A stretch of DNA of 64,000 nt from an uncultured Chloroflexia bacterium. Its GTDB lineage: Bacteria; Chloroflexota; Chloroflexia; Thermomicrobiales; UBA6265. Both the position numbers and the translations under genes were made by a program. The notes below the pieces were generated by a model. It did no database searches, was not told where the DNA came from, and saw only the letters and a program-made list of their open reading frames with translations. Shown one piece after another: positions 29,511-39,936 of the stretch (its first letter is position 1; each line of letters begins with the position of its first letter). Where the stretch lies: assembly GCA_963804925.1 (NCBI GenBank), contig CAWDSC010000006.1:259765-323764 (forward strand), given 5' to 3'.

Positions 29511-29816
29511 TCAGCCAGTCATTGTCGCCGCTTGCTGATTGCGGATGCGGTCAAAGCAGCGAGAGCAATAGACTGGATTTCCATTTCGGGGAACGAAGGG
29601 AACGGTCGTCAGCTGACCACATTCGGCGCACACAATCTCGGTTTGGGCGCGATCCTGAATCCCCATTTTCGCCTTTCGGGCCGAGCGACACGACGCGCAA
29701 CGAACGGGAAGATTCGTCAAGCCCTTTTCATGGAAGAACTGCTGCTCGCCAGCGGTCCAGGTAAAGGCGGCGCCGCAATCGCGACACGCGAGCACTTGGT
29801 CAAGGTACTCCATCAT
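29511..29816 (-). CDS. Zinc-ribbon protein with two CxxC...CxxC units
   Basis: ACRDCGAAFTWTAGEQQFFHEKGLTNLPVRCASCR and VCAECGQLTTVPFVPRNGNPVYCSRCF. GGGAGGA RBS 5 nt before ATGATG at 29816. Confidence 0.7.
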   Translation of the reverse strand: MMEYLDQVLACRDCGAAFTWTAGEQQFFHEKGLTNLPVRCASCRSARKAKMGIQDRAQTEIVCAECGQLTTVPFVPRNGNPVYCSRCFDRIRNQQAATMTG

Positions 29817-29836
29817 GGATCCTCCCACGAACGCGC

Positions 29837-29919
29837 CTGACGGCAGCGCTGCCGCGGGGCCAGGGTCGGGACTATTTCTCGGCTTAACGGCGGATACGCC
29901 GCATATTCGGTGCCGTCAG
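29837..29919 (-). other. Candidate structured 5' leader of the zinc-ribbon gene
   Basis: ctgacggca (29837-45) is the exact reverse complement of tgccgtcag (29911-19). The proximal copy also belongs to a local 14-nt palindrome, cggcagcgctgccg (29841-54), so the two pairings are mutually exclusive. Confidence 0.25.
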
Positions 29920-30009
29920 CCTAGCAAAATCACGTCGCGGGCGCAAGACTTCGCGATGAATACCGTACTTTTCGACTCTCGCATGAAAATGAAGCGTTCA
30001 TGACAGGTC

Positions 30010-30023
30010 AGAACGTTCGTTCC
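30010..30023. promoter_or_regulatory. GAAC-N4-GTTC (Cheo/LexA-box-like) site upstream of recR
   Basis: AGAACGTTCGTTCC, 92 nt upstream of the recR ATG, in the most AT-rich part of the intergenic region. Confidence 0.25.
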
Positions 30024-30114
30024 ATGTAAACTTTCTAAATACGTATCGATGATGTGATTCCTCCGTAGACGATTGAAAGGCCGACCGGTGAACCAACGCT
30101 CTTCCGTCTCAGCA

Positions 30115-30696
30115 ATGCCGGTCGCCCGCTTGATCGACGAGATGTCGAAGCTTCCGGGAATCGGCCCGAAAACCGCGTCGCGGCTTGCGTTCCATCTGCT
30201 GCGAACCTCCCGCGAAGAAGCCCTGGCGCTCGCCGAAGCAATCATTGAAGTCAAGGACCGCATTCGCCTCTGCTCCGTCTGCTTCAACATTACCGAGGAA
30301 GATCCCTGCTCCATCTGTCGCGATGTCACCCGGAGCAACGCGATTTGCGTCGTCGAAGAACCGCTTGATGTCGTGGCGCTGGAACGGACGGGACAGTTCC
30401 GCGGACGCTATCACGTGCTCCACGGAGCGGTTTCTCCGATTGAAGGCGTTGGACCCGAAAAGCTCAAAATCCAGGAGCTGATCCAACGAGTTCAGCGCGA
30501 GCAACCGGAGGAAGTGATTCTCGCCACGAATCTCGATATGCCAGGTGAAGCGACTGCGTCATACATTCACCGCCTCCTTGCACCAATGGGCGTTACCGTC
30601 ACCCGGCCGGCCAGTGGTTTGCCCGCGGGTGGCGATCTTGAATACGCCGACGAGATCACGCTCGGCCGTGCTCTTTTGGGTCGCCGGACGCTTTAG
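30115..30696 (+). CDS. recR: Recombination protein RecR
   Basis: VARLIDEMSKLPGIGPKTASRLAFHLL (HhH), the zinc finger CSVCFNITEEDPCSIC, and a Toprim domain (ICVVEEPLDVVALE). Confidence 0.93.
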   Translation: MPVARLIDEMSKLPGIGPKTASRLAFHLLRTSREEALALAEAIIEVKDRIRLCSVCFNITEEDPCSICRDVTRSNAICVVEEPLDVVALERTGQFRGRYHVLHGAVSPIEGVGPEKLKIQELIQRVQREQPEEVILATNLDMPGEATASYIHRLLAPMGVTVTRPASGLPAGGDLEYADEITLGRALLGRRTL

Positions 30697-30748
30697 GCGC
30701 GACATCTCAATATTGGATGCCTCCGCGACGATTGGGCGCGCAACACAA

Positions 30749-30777
30749 TTGTTCTGCCTACCTCTCGGTAGTACAAT
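30749..30777 (+). promoter_or_regulatory. Candidate promoter TTGTTC-17-TACAAT ahead of a ~160-nt leader
   Basis: Hexamers at 30749-54 and 30772-77 with exact 17-nt spacing, inside a 247-nt non-coding gap before the GNAT-like gene. Confidence 0.3.
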
Positions 30778-30942
30778 CAACGTAGGGATCGACAAGCGTT
30801 CCGGGCGCCGTTTGGAGTGCGTAGAAACGCACTGATCGTGCCTGGATCCCAGCCGGCGACATCGGCGGCGATTCCTCAGGCAACTGGGTGAATCCGCCTT
30901 AGCCAAACTGCTGGCTCGCGCATGTTCCGATTCGGGGATTGC

Positions 30943-31974
30943 ATGACGAGCCTCTCATTGACGATACGTCCTGCCCGCCTCCGGGATCTCCCCGGACTCA
31001 TGAGCATATCGTCAGTACTCACGCTCAACCAACCAGAAACCTCCCTCGCCCCGTACCAACCTGCCCAGGCAGCACTTTCCTCGATATTGCCGAGGCGCAA
31101 TCGCTCGCGCTTTTTTGTAGCGGATTCGGATGAAGGATTGCTGGCGTTCGCCCATTTTCAGCCTGAGGCGCCCGATCAGCGCTGGCAGTTGATCGCGCTC
31201 GGCGCGTCGACCGGCGTTTACGACGTGACTCCGCTCTGGGAAGAATTGCTTGAGCGATCGGTTGTCGCGGCGGGATTGAAAGGTGTGAAGCGGCTCTTTG
31301 CTCGTCCGCCTGTGGACTCGCCAGCGTCGCGAGCCTTGCGGGCTATTGGCTATGCGCCGTACGCAAATGATTTTGTGCTCGCCGTCGAGAACCCGCGATT
31401 AAGGCCATCCCGGCTGTTGCTCCGGCGTCAGGATCCCGCCGATACCTGGGCGATCAACCAGCTCTATAACACCGTAGTGCCCCGCCAGGTCCAATACGCT
31501 GAGGCTTTTACCAGCCATCGCTGGGATAGCGCGACGAAAACCTCTTTTCCGTCGGGTGTCACCACGGCCGCGTGGTTAGTAGAGGAGGCGTTCCAGATTG
31601 TCGCCTATGCGCGGGTCAAATCATTTGGCACGGTTCATGTATTAGACGTCATTGTTCATCCCGATTGGATCGGCATCACTGGCGATGTGATCGATGGAGC
31701 ACTCGGAAAAGTTGCCGCCGATCGGCGACTTGGCCGGGTCTATAGCTCGATTCGGGGGTATCAAATGGAGACGCTTCCGAGGTACGAAGAACGCGGATTT
31801 CAGCAAGTGGTCGAGCTTGAGCTGTCGGTGAAATACACGACTGCCCGGGCACTGGCGCCGGTGATTGAGGCATTGCCTCAACCCGAAGGCGTATTGGAGC
31901 GACTGCCGAAGCCGAAACGTGCACCCTCGTTCTTCATTAGACCATCTGAGGATCGACCTCAAGGTCTTGAATAA
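30943..31974 (+). CDS. GNAT-fold-like protein with two tandem acetyltransferase-like halves and degenerate CoA motifs
   Basis: LTIRPARLRDLPGL... and a second half VLDVIVHPDWIGITGDVIDGALGKVAADRRLGRVYSSIRGYQMETLPRYEERGFQQV. There is no clean Q/RxxGxG/A motif. Confidence 0.5.
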   Translation: MTSLSLTIRPARLRDLPGLMSISSVLTLNQPETSLAPYQPAQAALSSILPRRNRSRFFVADSDEGLLAFAHFQPEAPDQRWQLIALGASTGVYDVTPLWEELLERSVVAAGLKGVKRLFARPPVDSPASRALRAIGYAPYANDFVLAVENPRLRPSRLLLRRQDPADTWAINQLYNTVVPRQVQYAEAFTSHRWDSATKTSFPSGVTTAAWLVEEAFQIVAYARVKSFGTVHVLDVIVHPDWIGITGDVIDGALGKVAADRRLGRVYSSIRGYQMETLPRYEERGFQQVVELELSVKYTTARALAPVIEALPQPEGVLERLPKPKRAPSFFIRPSEDRPQGLE

Positions 31975-32026
31975 TCCCGCCGAAAGCTTCCGCGAGAACG
32001 CATGAACACTGACAATTGGCGCCGTT

Positions 32027-33832
32027 TTGAATGAAGGGGAAATACGCTTGACGAGCTCACTATCCGCGACCCGCGGGTCGTATAGCCGCAAGTATTACGA
32101 AACTGAACTGACCGACAACATCGACGATCTCCTGGCAGTGCTGCCGCTTGAGATCAGCACCGGAGTCAAACTCCTCCAGCAAGATCCGTCACATGGTGCG
32201 TTGATTGAGATCGTGATGGATCTCGGACGGGTGCCGGAAGCGCGATTTCATGAAGACGAGCTTCCCATCACCAGCGATGACATCACCCGCGACGACCTTG
32301 CCTACGTTGAAGGGCGCATCGGTCATTTCGGAGACGACAATCGGGCAGGCATCGAGCGGACGCTTCATCGCATCTCCGCAATCCGCAATCGTGGTGGGGA
32401 GATCGTCGGTCTCACCTGCCGCATCGGCCGTGCTGTCTATGGCACGATCGCGGTCATCGAAGATTTGATCGAATCGGGCGAAAGCATCTTGTTGCTTGGC
32501 CGTCCGGGCGTCGGCAAAACGACGATGCTGCGTGAAAGCGCGCGCGTTCTCGCCGAGGATATGCGCAAGCGGGTCATCGTGGTCGATACGAGCAACGAGA
32601 TCGCCGGTGACGGAGATATTCCCCACCCGGCAATTGGCCGCGCCCGCCGGATGCAGGTGCCAACGCCGACCGCTCAGCATGGAGTCATGATCGAAGCGGT
32701 TGAAAACCACATGCCGCAAGTGATCGTGATCGATGAGATCGGGACCGAGCTTGAGGCGACCGCCGCGCGCACAATCGCCGAGCGCGGTGTGCAGCTCATC
32801 GGCACGGCCCACGGCAACACGCTCGAAAACCTGATGATGAACCCGACGCTCTCCGATCTGATCGGCGGCATCCAGTCGGTCACGCTCTCCGATGAGGAAG
32901 CGCGTCGCCGCGGCACCCAGAAGTCGATCCTGGAGCGCAAAGCTCCGCCGACCTTCAATGTGATGGTGGAGATCATCAACCGGGATGAAGTTGCGGTGCA
33001 TCACGATGTCGCCGCGACGGTTGACGCCATTCTCCGCAGCGGGCCGGTGCGCGTCGAAAGCCGCCGCCGTCTGGAGTCGGGCGAAATCGAGATCAACAGA
33101 CCGGATGAAGGCCGCCGCGATCCCAACGTGCATCATTCATCGACTCGCGTGAACAGCCGAGGCAGTGAGCGCGATCAATCCCGCAATACCGTCGTCGCCT
33201 TCCCGACGCCAGGCGAGCGGGAACACCGGGTGATCGTCGAGGAAGTCCACGAGTCGATCGATCTCGCACCGTCGCCGATCGAAATGGCGCCAGTCGCGCC
33301 AATGTTGCCGAAGGGACGTGGAACGACGCAGAAACCGCTGCGCATCTATCCATTCGGCGTCAGCCGCAACCGGCTGGAAAACGCCGTGAGCCAGCTCCGG
33401 TTGCCTGCCGTGATCGTCCGCGATCCGCGCGAAGCCGATATGGTGATGACGCTCAAGAGCTACTACCGGCAGAAGCCGCAGCCGATCCGCGAAGCTGAAG
33501 CTCGCGGCACATCGGTCTACGTGTTGCGTTCGAACACATCGATTCAAATGGAGCACGTGCTGGCATCGCTTTTCCCGAATGCGGTTCGCCGTGGCGGCGA
33601 TCAGGCTTCGGATGATGTCGATGCTGATTCGAATGCCATTGCCGGCGCGATGCTCGAGGCGGAAGAAGCGATCACCAATGTCATGGCTGGAGCGCCGCCG
33701 GTGATGCTGACGCCGCAGGAAACGCACGTCCGAAAATTGCAGCACGCCCTGGCCGAGCGCTACAACATTGGTTCCCGCTCGACCGGACGCGAGCCGAACC
33801 GTCGCGTCGAAATCTTCCGCGAAGGGTTCTAG
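32027..33832 (+). CDS. AAA ATPase with C-terminal R3H domain (SpoIIIAA/Ycf45-like)
   Basis: Walker [17 protein letters not shown], Walker [14 protein letters not shown], and [11 protein letters not shown]. The C-terminal R3H-like part is [29 protein letters not shown]. The TTG start is uncertain. Confidence 0.7.
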   Translation: MNEGEIRLTSSLSATRGSYSRKYYETELTDNIDDLLAVLPLEISTGVKLLQQDPSHGALIEIVMDLGRVPEARFHEDELPITSDDITRDDLAYVEGRIGHFGDDNRAGIERTLHRISAIRNRGGEIVGLTCRIGRAVYGTIAVIEDLIESGESILLLGRPGVGKTTMLRESARVLAEDMRKRVIVVDTSNEIAGDGDIPHPAIGRARRMQVPTPTAQHGVMIEAVENHMPQVIVIDEIGTELEATAARTIAERGVQLIGTAHGNTLENLMMNPTLSDLIGGIQSVTLSDEEARRRGTQKSILERKAPPTFNVMVEIINRDEVAVHHDVAATVDAILRSGPVRVESRRRLESGEIEINRPDEGRRDPNVHHSSTRVNSRGSERDQSRNTVVAFPTPGEREHRVIVEEVHESIDLAPSPIEMAPVAPMLPKGRGTTQKPLRIYPFGVSRNRLENAVSQLRLPAVIVRDPREADMVMTLKSYYRQKPQPIREAEARGTSVYVLRSNTSIQMEHVLASLFPNAVRRGGDQASDDVDADSNAIAGAMLEAEEAITNVMAGAPPVMLTPQETHVRKLQHALAERYNIGSRSTGREPNRRVEIFREGF

Positions 33833-33836
33833 CCGA

Positions 33837-34511
33837 GTGCGCGGACGCTTCATTACGCTCGAAGGTCCCGACGGGGCCGGCAAGAGCACGCAGGCGAAAC
33901 TGCTTGTCGCCGCCATCGAAATAGCGAACGTTCGCGCTGTATTAACACGGGAACCGGGGGGCACACGGATCGGTGAAAATATACGGTCAGTGCTTCTCGG
34001 CCCCGACTCGTATGCTATGCTCGCCTCAACCGAAGCGTTGCTGATGAGCGCGGCGCGCGCGCAGCACGTCGGGGAAGTGGTCGAGCCAGCCCTCGCTCGT
34101 GGCGAATGGGTGGTCTCCGATCGATACGTCGATTCAACGCTCGCCTATCAAGGCGGAGGTCGTGGACTATCGATGGATGCCCTCCGGCAGGTGCAGGCAT
34201 TCGCCACCGGAAATTTGCAACCCGATCTCACATTCCTGCTCGATCTGCCGGTCGAGGTTGGGTTGCGCAGGCGCCTCGGGAGCGCTGGGGAAACGAATCG
34301 CCTTGATGAAGAAAGCTTCGCTTTTCACGAGGCGGTACGAGAACGATTTCTTGCGCTCGCCTCTGCTGAACCGGAACGTTGGATCGTCATTGATGCGTCG
34401 CAACCTGCGCAAATGGTGTGGCAGGATTTACGAACGGCCATGAACGATCGGTTTGTCCACCTTCTCGGTGATGCAATAACGGTGGACCTCACAACCGGAT
34501 CGGTGTCATGA
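33837..34511 (+). CDS. tmk: dTMP (thymidylate) kinase
   Basis: GTG start, then RGRFITLEGPDGAGKSTQAKLL, DRYVDSTLAYQGGGRG and LLDLPVEVGLRR. Confidence 0.92.
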   Translation: MRGRFITLEGPDGAGKSTQAKLLVAAIEIANVRAVLTREPGGTRIGENIRSVLLGPDSYAMLASTEALLMSAARAQHVGEVVEPALARGEWVVSDRYVDSTLAYQGGGRGLSMDALRQVQAFATGNLQPDLTFLLDLPVEVGLRRRLGSAGETNRLDEESFAFHEAVRERFLALASAEPERWIVIDASQPAQMVWQDLRTAMNDRFVHLLGDAITVDLTTGSVS

Positions 34512-34840
34512 AGCTGATCGTCGCAGTCGTGCAAGGTATTGACGGGGACCTGGTGGCGGAAGCGCTTACCGCTCGTGGATTCGAAGCAACTCAGATCGAT
34601 AGCGCCGGAGGATTTCTCCGGGAGCGAAACGCAACGCTCATGGTGGGCGTTCCAGAAGCGCACGTTGCGGAGGCAATGCAGATCATTAAAGAAAACTGCA
34701 GCTCCCGCACGCAGTATGTGAACCCGCTCATGCCGATTCTCGAACCGGGCGATCATTTCCTCGCGAGCCCGGTCGAGGTCATCATCGGTGGAGCCACGCT
34801 TTTCGTACTGCGAGTTTCACGATACGAGCGAATCGGGTAG
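34508..34840 (+). CDS. darA: PII-like cyclic-di-AMP receptor DarA/PstA (YaaQ, DUF970)
   Basis: 110 aa: MKLIVAVVQGIDGDLVAEALTARGFEATQIDSAGGFLRERNATLMVGV...AMQIIKENC. There is an ATGA overlap with tmk, the same tmk-yaaQ adjacency as in Bacillus. Confidence 0.75.
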   Translation: MKLIVAVVQGIDGDLVAEALTARGFEATQIDSAGGFLRERNATLMVGVPEAHVAEAMQIIKENCSSRTQYVNPLMPILEPGDHFLASPVEVIIGGATLFVLRVSRYERIG

Positions 34841-34885
34841 CCTTTCCCGAGGGTCGGCCGGAAGCGCTTAGAGGTAGACGAGTCT

Positions 34886-35701
34886 ATGCAAGAAGTTGTC
34901 GCGAGGGGCATACAGATACTGGTCGCGCTTTCAGGCGCGTATCTGTTTGCCATGTGGGTCGTCCTGGTCATCTGGGCGTACCGCGACATCGAATCTCGAA
35001 GCAAGAGCGTCGTCACCCAGGTCTTCTCGACGCTGATGGTGGTGCTTTTCTTCATTCCCGGCGTCTTGCTCTATATGATGCTGCGCCCCCGGGAAACACT
35101 CGATTCGACGTTTCAACGCTCGCTCGAAGAAGAATATCTCCTCCAGGATCTTGAAGAGATTCCACTTTGCCCTTCTTGCCAGCATTACATTCATGACGAT
35201 TTCGTCGTTTGCCCCCATTGCCGGACGGAGCTTCGCGAGCCATGCCCGGCCTGCACTCGCCTGGTCGATTTGCGCTGGAATGTCTGTCCGTATTGTGCGG
35301 CGGCGCAATCTCGCGCGGCGGCGTTGCCGAAGGTTGAGCGGCCGGATGAGCGCTGGGTTGCTCCAGCTAAACCTGTTGTTGTGACAATCGACGCTCCAGA
35401 CATGCCTGAAATTGCGGCGCAATCCCCGGCGACCACTACTCCGACCGTGTTGGAGCCCGCTGCAGAAGCAGAAACGGCCGAAGAGCCAGCCGAAAGCGAC
35501 GAGTACGCTCCAGCGGTGCTGACGGTTTACCACCACGGTCAGCAGGTCGCGACGGTTCGCCCGTTCGATCGCCGCCGCACCCGCGCCTCGGGACGCCGCA
35601 GCAACGCCTCCCGCGACAACCTCGCCCGTGTCGATGACGACGACATGGAAATCGACGACGAGATGCCGGCCAAATATGTGATGGGCGGCGACGGCGACTA
35701 G
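34886..35701 (+). CDS. Membrane protein: PLDc_N-like two-TM module, double zinc ribbon and an acidic/Ala-rich tail
   Basis: WVVLVIWAYRDIESRSKSVVTQVFSTLMVVLFFIPGVLLYMMLRP, then CPSCQHYIHDDFVVCPHCRTELREPCPACTRLVDLRWNVCPYC. Confidence 0.6.
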   Translation: MQEVVARGIQILVALSGAYLFAMWVVLVIWAYRDIESRSKSVVTQVFSTLMVVLFFIPGVLLYMMLRPRETLDSTFQRSLEEEYLLQDLEEIPLCPSCQHYIHDDFVVCPHCRTELREPCPACTRLVDLRWNVCPYCAAAQSRAAALPKVERPDERWVAPAKPVVVTIDAPDMPEIAAQSPATTTPTVLEPAAEAETAEEPAESDEYAPAVLTVYHHGQQVATVRPFDRRRTRASGRRSNASRDNLARVDDDDMEIDDEMPAKYVMGGDGD

Positions 35702-35726
35702 ATTCAATTCATTATTGAGAATGAAA

Positions 35727-35754
35727 GAGACCGGGGCGAACGTTCGCCCCGGTC
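35727..35754. terminator. Bidirectional stem-loop between convergent genes
   Basis: 28-nt perfect palindrome agaccggggcgaacgttcgccccggtct, between the stop at 35701 (+) and the ligA stop at 35762 (-). Confidence 0.6.
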
Positions 35755-35761
35755 TTTACGT

Positions 35762-37780
<2,019 letters not shown>

Positions 37781-37809
37781 CTATCCTGGGTCGTCTATAC
37801 TGAAACCGC

Positions 37810-37823
37810 CGAACATCTGTACG
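37810..37823. promoter_or_regulatory. Cheo-box-like site (possible LexA operator) between ligA and the DnaQ-GIY-YIG gene
   Basis: CGAACATCTGTACG against the Gram-positive consensus CGAACRNRYGTTYC. There is one mismatch in the right GTTC arm and one in the spacer. It lies 72 nt upstream of ATG 37895. Confidence 0.3.
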
Positions 37824-37894
37824 GAGCTGGGTCCGGCCAGAGTTTATCATGACGAACGTATGCGACCGAAGAGCACTGGCATAGCCTCTTGACG

Positions 37895-39934
37895 ATGACG
37901 CAATCAGACGAACCCCGGTATGAATACCTCCTCCAACGCGCGACCGATTACATCTCGAGTCGCGGCGGACTCGCTTCTGAAGACGATGTCGTACGGCACG
38001 TTTTCGGGAACGGCGCCGCCCCGCGCCTCTGGACGCCGTTGCTGCGCTCGGTGCTCGCGAATGCGCCGAAGTTAAGCTTCCGGGCCGATGGCGCCTGGAT
38101 GCTTGAAGGGTACGCGGAAGCGCAATCGCGATCTCCCTTCGCCGATTTCACGTCGATCGATGTCGAGACCACCGGTCTGCGCCCGCTCCAGCATCGCATC
38201 ATTGAAATTGCTGCGCTTCGCTACCGCAACGGCCAGGAGACCGCCCGGTTCGAAATGCTGCTGCAACCTGACCGCGCGATTCCCCCGATCATCACCAAAT
38301 TGACCGGCATCCGCGATGTCGATCTGGAGCACGCAGCGCACTTTCCAGACGTCGCCGACGATCTGCTGGAGTTTCTCGGCGACGATCTGCTCGTCGGACA
38401 CAATGTCGGATTCGATATCTCGTTCATCGCCGGCGAATTCAAGCGGCTGGGGCGTCCTGGCTTACCTAACAGCCGGTTCGATACGCTTGCGGCCGCGAAC
38501 CGGCTGCTCACCGGTCTCCGGAAGAAGAATCTCGGCAAACTGGCGGAGCATCTCGACGTTCCCCTGGGACGCCAGCATCGTGGCGGCGATGACGCGCGGA
38601 TGACTGCCGAAGTCGCCTTCCGGTTGGCGGAAGTCGCGGCATCGAAAGGGATCACCGATCCCGAGGATTTCTTGAAACTCGGCGCGCCGATGCCGCGCGG
38701 TGAAACCGACGGCAATCCCCGGCGGCGATCGGTGCTCGATCGCTCCCTCCTCGCTGACATCCCCAAAAGCCCGGGCGTTTACATCATGTTCGACGGCTAC
38801 GGGCACGTGATCTATGTCGGCAAAGCGAAGAATCTGCGCGACCGCGTTTCATCCTATTTTTCACAGGCGCTCGGGTATACCCGGAAAATGGACGGACTGC
38901 TCGAATCACTGATGGCGATCCATACCGAAGAAACAGGTTCGGAGCTACAGGCGCTTTTGCTCGAATCACAATTGATTCGCTTTTATCAACCCCGCTACAA
39001 CACTGCCCTCAGAACCTCGGAGCTTTATCCCTATATCAAGGTGAATGTCTCGAACCCCTGGCCAAAGGTGACCCTGTCCAAAGAACGCAAAGATGACGGA
39101 GCTCGTTATTTCGGGCCGTATCGCAGCCGGAGCATGGCTCAGAAAGCTGTCGACCTGATCAACGCGACGGTTCCCCTCCGGACCTGCCCGCGTTCATTCA
39201 AGGATGCCAGGAGCTACGGCAAACCCTGTTTACGCCTCGATCTCCACCAATGCATGGGTCCGTGTATGGCGATCGCCGACCGTGCAACCTATCGCCAGCA
39301 TGTGAATGACGTGCTCACCTTCCTCGAAGGTGATGGCCAGCGGCTGGCGACGCGCATTCAGGAACAGATCGACCTGGCAGCAACCCGACTCGATTTCGAG
39401 CGGGCGCGGCGCCTGCGAGACAATCTTGGTGTCGTCGCCATTGTCGCGGAGTCGCAAAAGCGCCTGCGGGAATCCGTCGCCCGGCACACGCTTCTGCTGG
39501 TGCAGCCTTCGGCGGAGGCAGGCGCTCGTGAAATCGTTATGGTGATCGAAGGAAAGCGCTGGGCACAATTCCGCGCTCGACCCGACGAGGAAGTCCGCGA
39601 TCTGGCCGTTCGATTGGCCCGCTCATTTGGACGCGTCCAGTCGTTTGGCATTCCGACGATCGATCACGCATCGCTCGACGACACGCTGATTCTGAACCGA
39701 TGGCTTTTCCAACAACCGGATCATCCGGCAACAATGCCATTTTCCCTCGATGATCAAGCAGTTGATTGGAATTTGCTCGCCGTATGGGCGCTCGCATTGC
39801 CCGAATCATCGCTTACCTTCGTCGCGCCATCGTCGCCGCCCGATCCGATCGAAACCGCAGACGCTGATCTCGTCCTCCAATCGGGTGAGGAATCCTTTCC
39901 AACGACCTTTTCATCCGAGCCGTTTTTCGAGTAG
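37895..39934 (+). CDS. DEDD (DnaQ-like) 3'-5' exonuclease fused to a GIY-YIG/UVR UvrC-N-terminal-like nuclease (Cho-like)
   Basis: Exo motifs FTSIDVETTGL, GHNVGFDISF and HRGGDDARMTAEV. GIY-YIG motif PGVYIMFDGYGHVIYVGKAKNLRDRVSSYF. UVR-like helix LDFERARRLRDNL. Confidence 0.8.
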   Translation: MTQSDEPRYEYLLQRATDYISSRGGLASEDDVVRHVFGNGAAPRLWTPLLRSVLANAPKLSFRADGAWMLEGYAEAQSRSPFADFTSIDVETTGLRPLQHRIIEIAALRYRNGQETARFEMLLQPDRAIPPIITKLTGIRDVDLEHAAHFPDVADDLLEFLGDDLLVGHNVGFDISFIAGEFKRLGRPGLPNSRFDTLAAANRLLTGLRKKNLGKLAEHLDVPLGRQHRGGDDARMTAEVAFRLAEVAASKGITDPEDFLKLGAPMPRGETDGNPRRRSVLDRSLLADIPKSPGVYIMFDGYGHVIYVGKAKNLRDRVSSYFSQALGYTRKMDGLLESLMAIHTEETGSELQALLLESQLIRFYQPRYNTALRTSELYPYIKVNVSNPWPKVTLSKERKDDGARYFGPYRSRSMAQKAVDLINATVPLRTCPRSFKDARSYGKPCLRLDLHQCMGPCMAIADRATYRQHVNDVLTFLEGDGQRLATRIQEQIDLAATRLDFERARRLRDNLGVVAIVAESQKRLRESVARHTLLLVQPSAEAGAREIVMVIEGKRWAQFRARPDEEVRDLAVRLARSFGRVQSFGIPTIDHASLDDTLILNRWLFQQPDHPATMPFSLDDQAVDWNLLAVWALALPESSLTFVAPSSPPDPIETADADLVLQSGEESFPTTFSSEPFFE

Positions 39935-39936
39935 CA

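Noticed and set aside
29840-30110. SRP (4.5S) or 6S RNA upstream of recR, by analogy with the Bacillus scr-dnaX-yaaK-recR region
   Set aside because: The conserved SRP domain IV sequence (GGAAGGAAGCAGCC-like) is absent and I could not draw a 6S-like long bulged helix. dnaX and ybaB are also absent here.
29916-30338. 140-aa minus-strand ORF spanning the recR upstream region and the recR 5' end
   Set aside because: It overlaps the strongly supported recR gene in antisense and has no motifs or RBS. It crosses an AT-rich promoter-like region.
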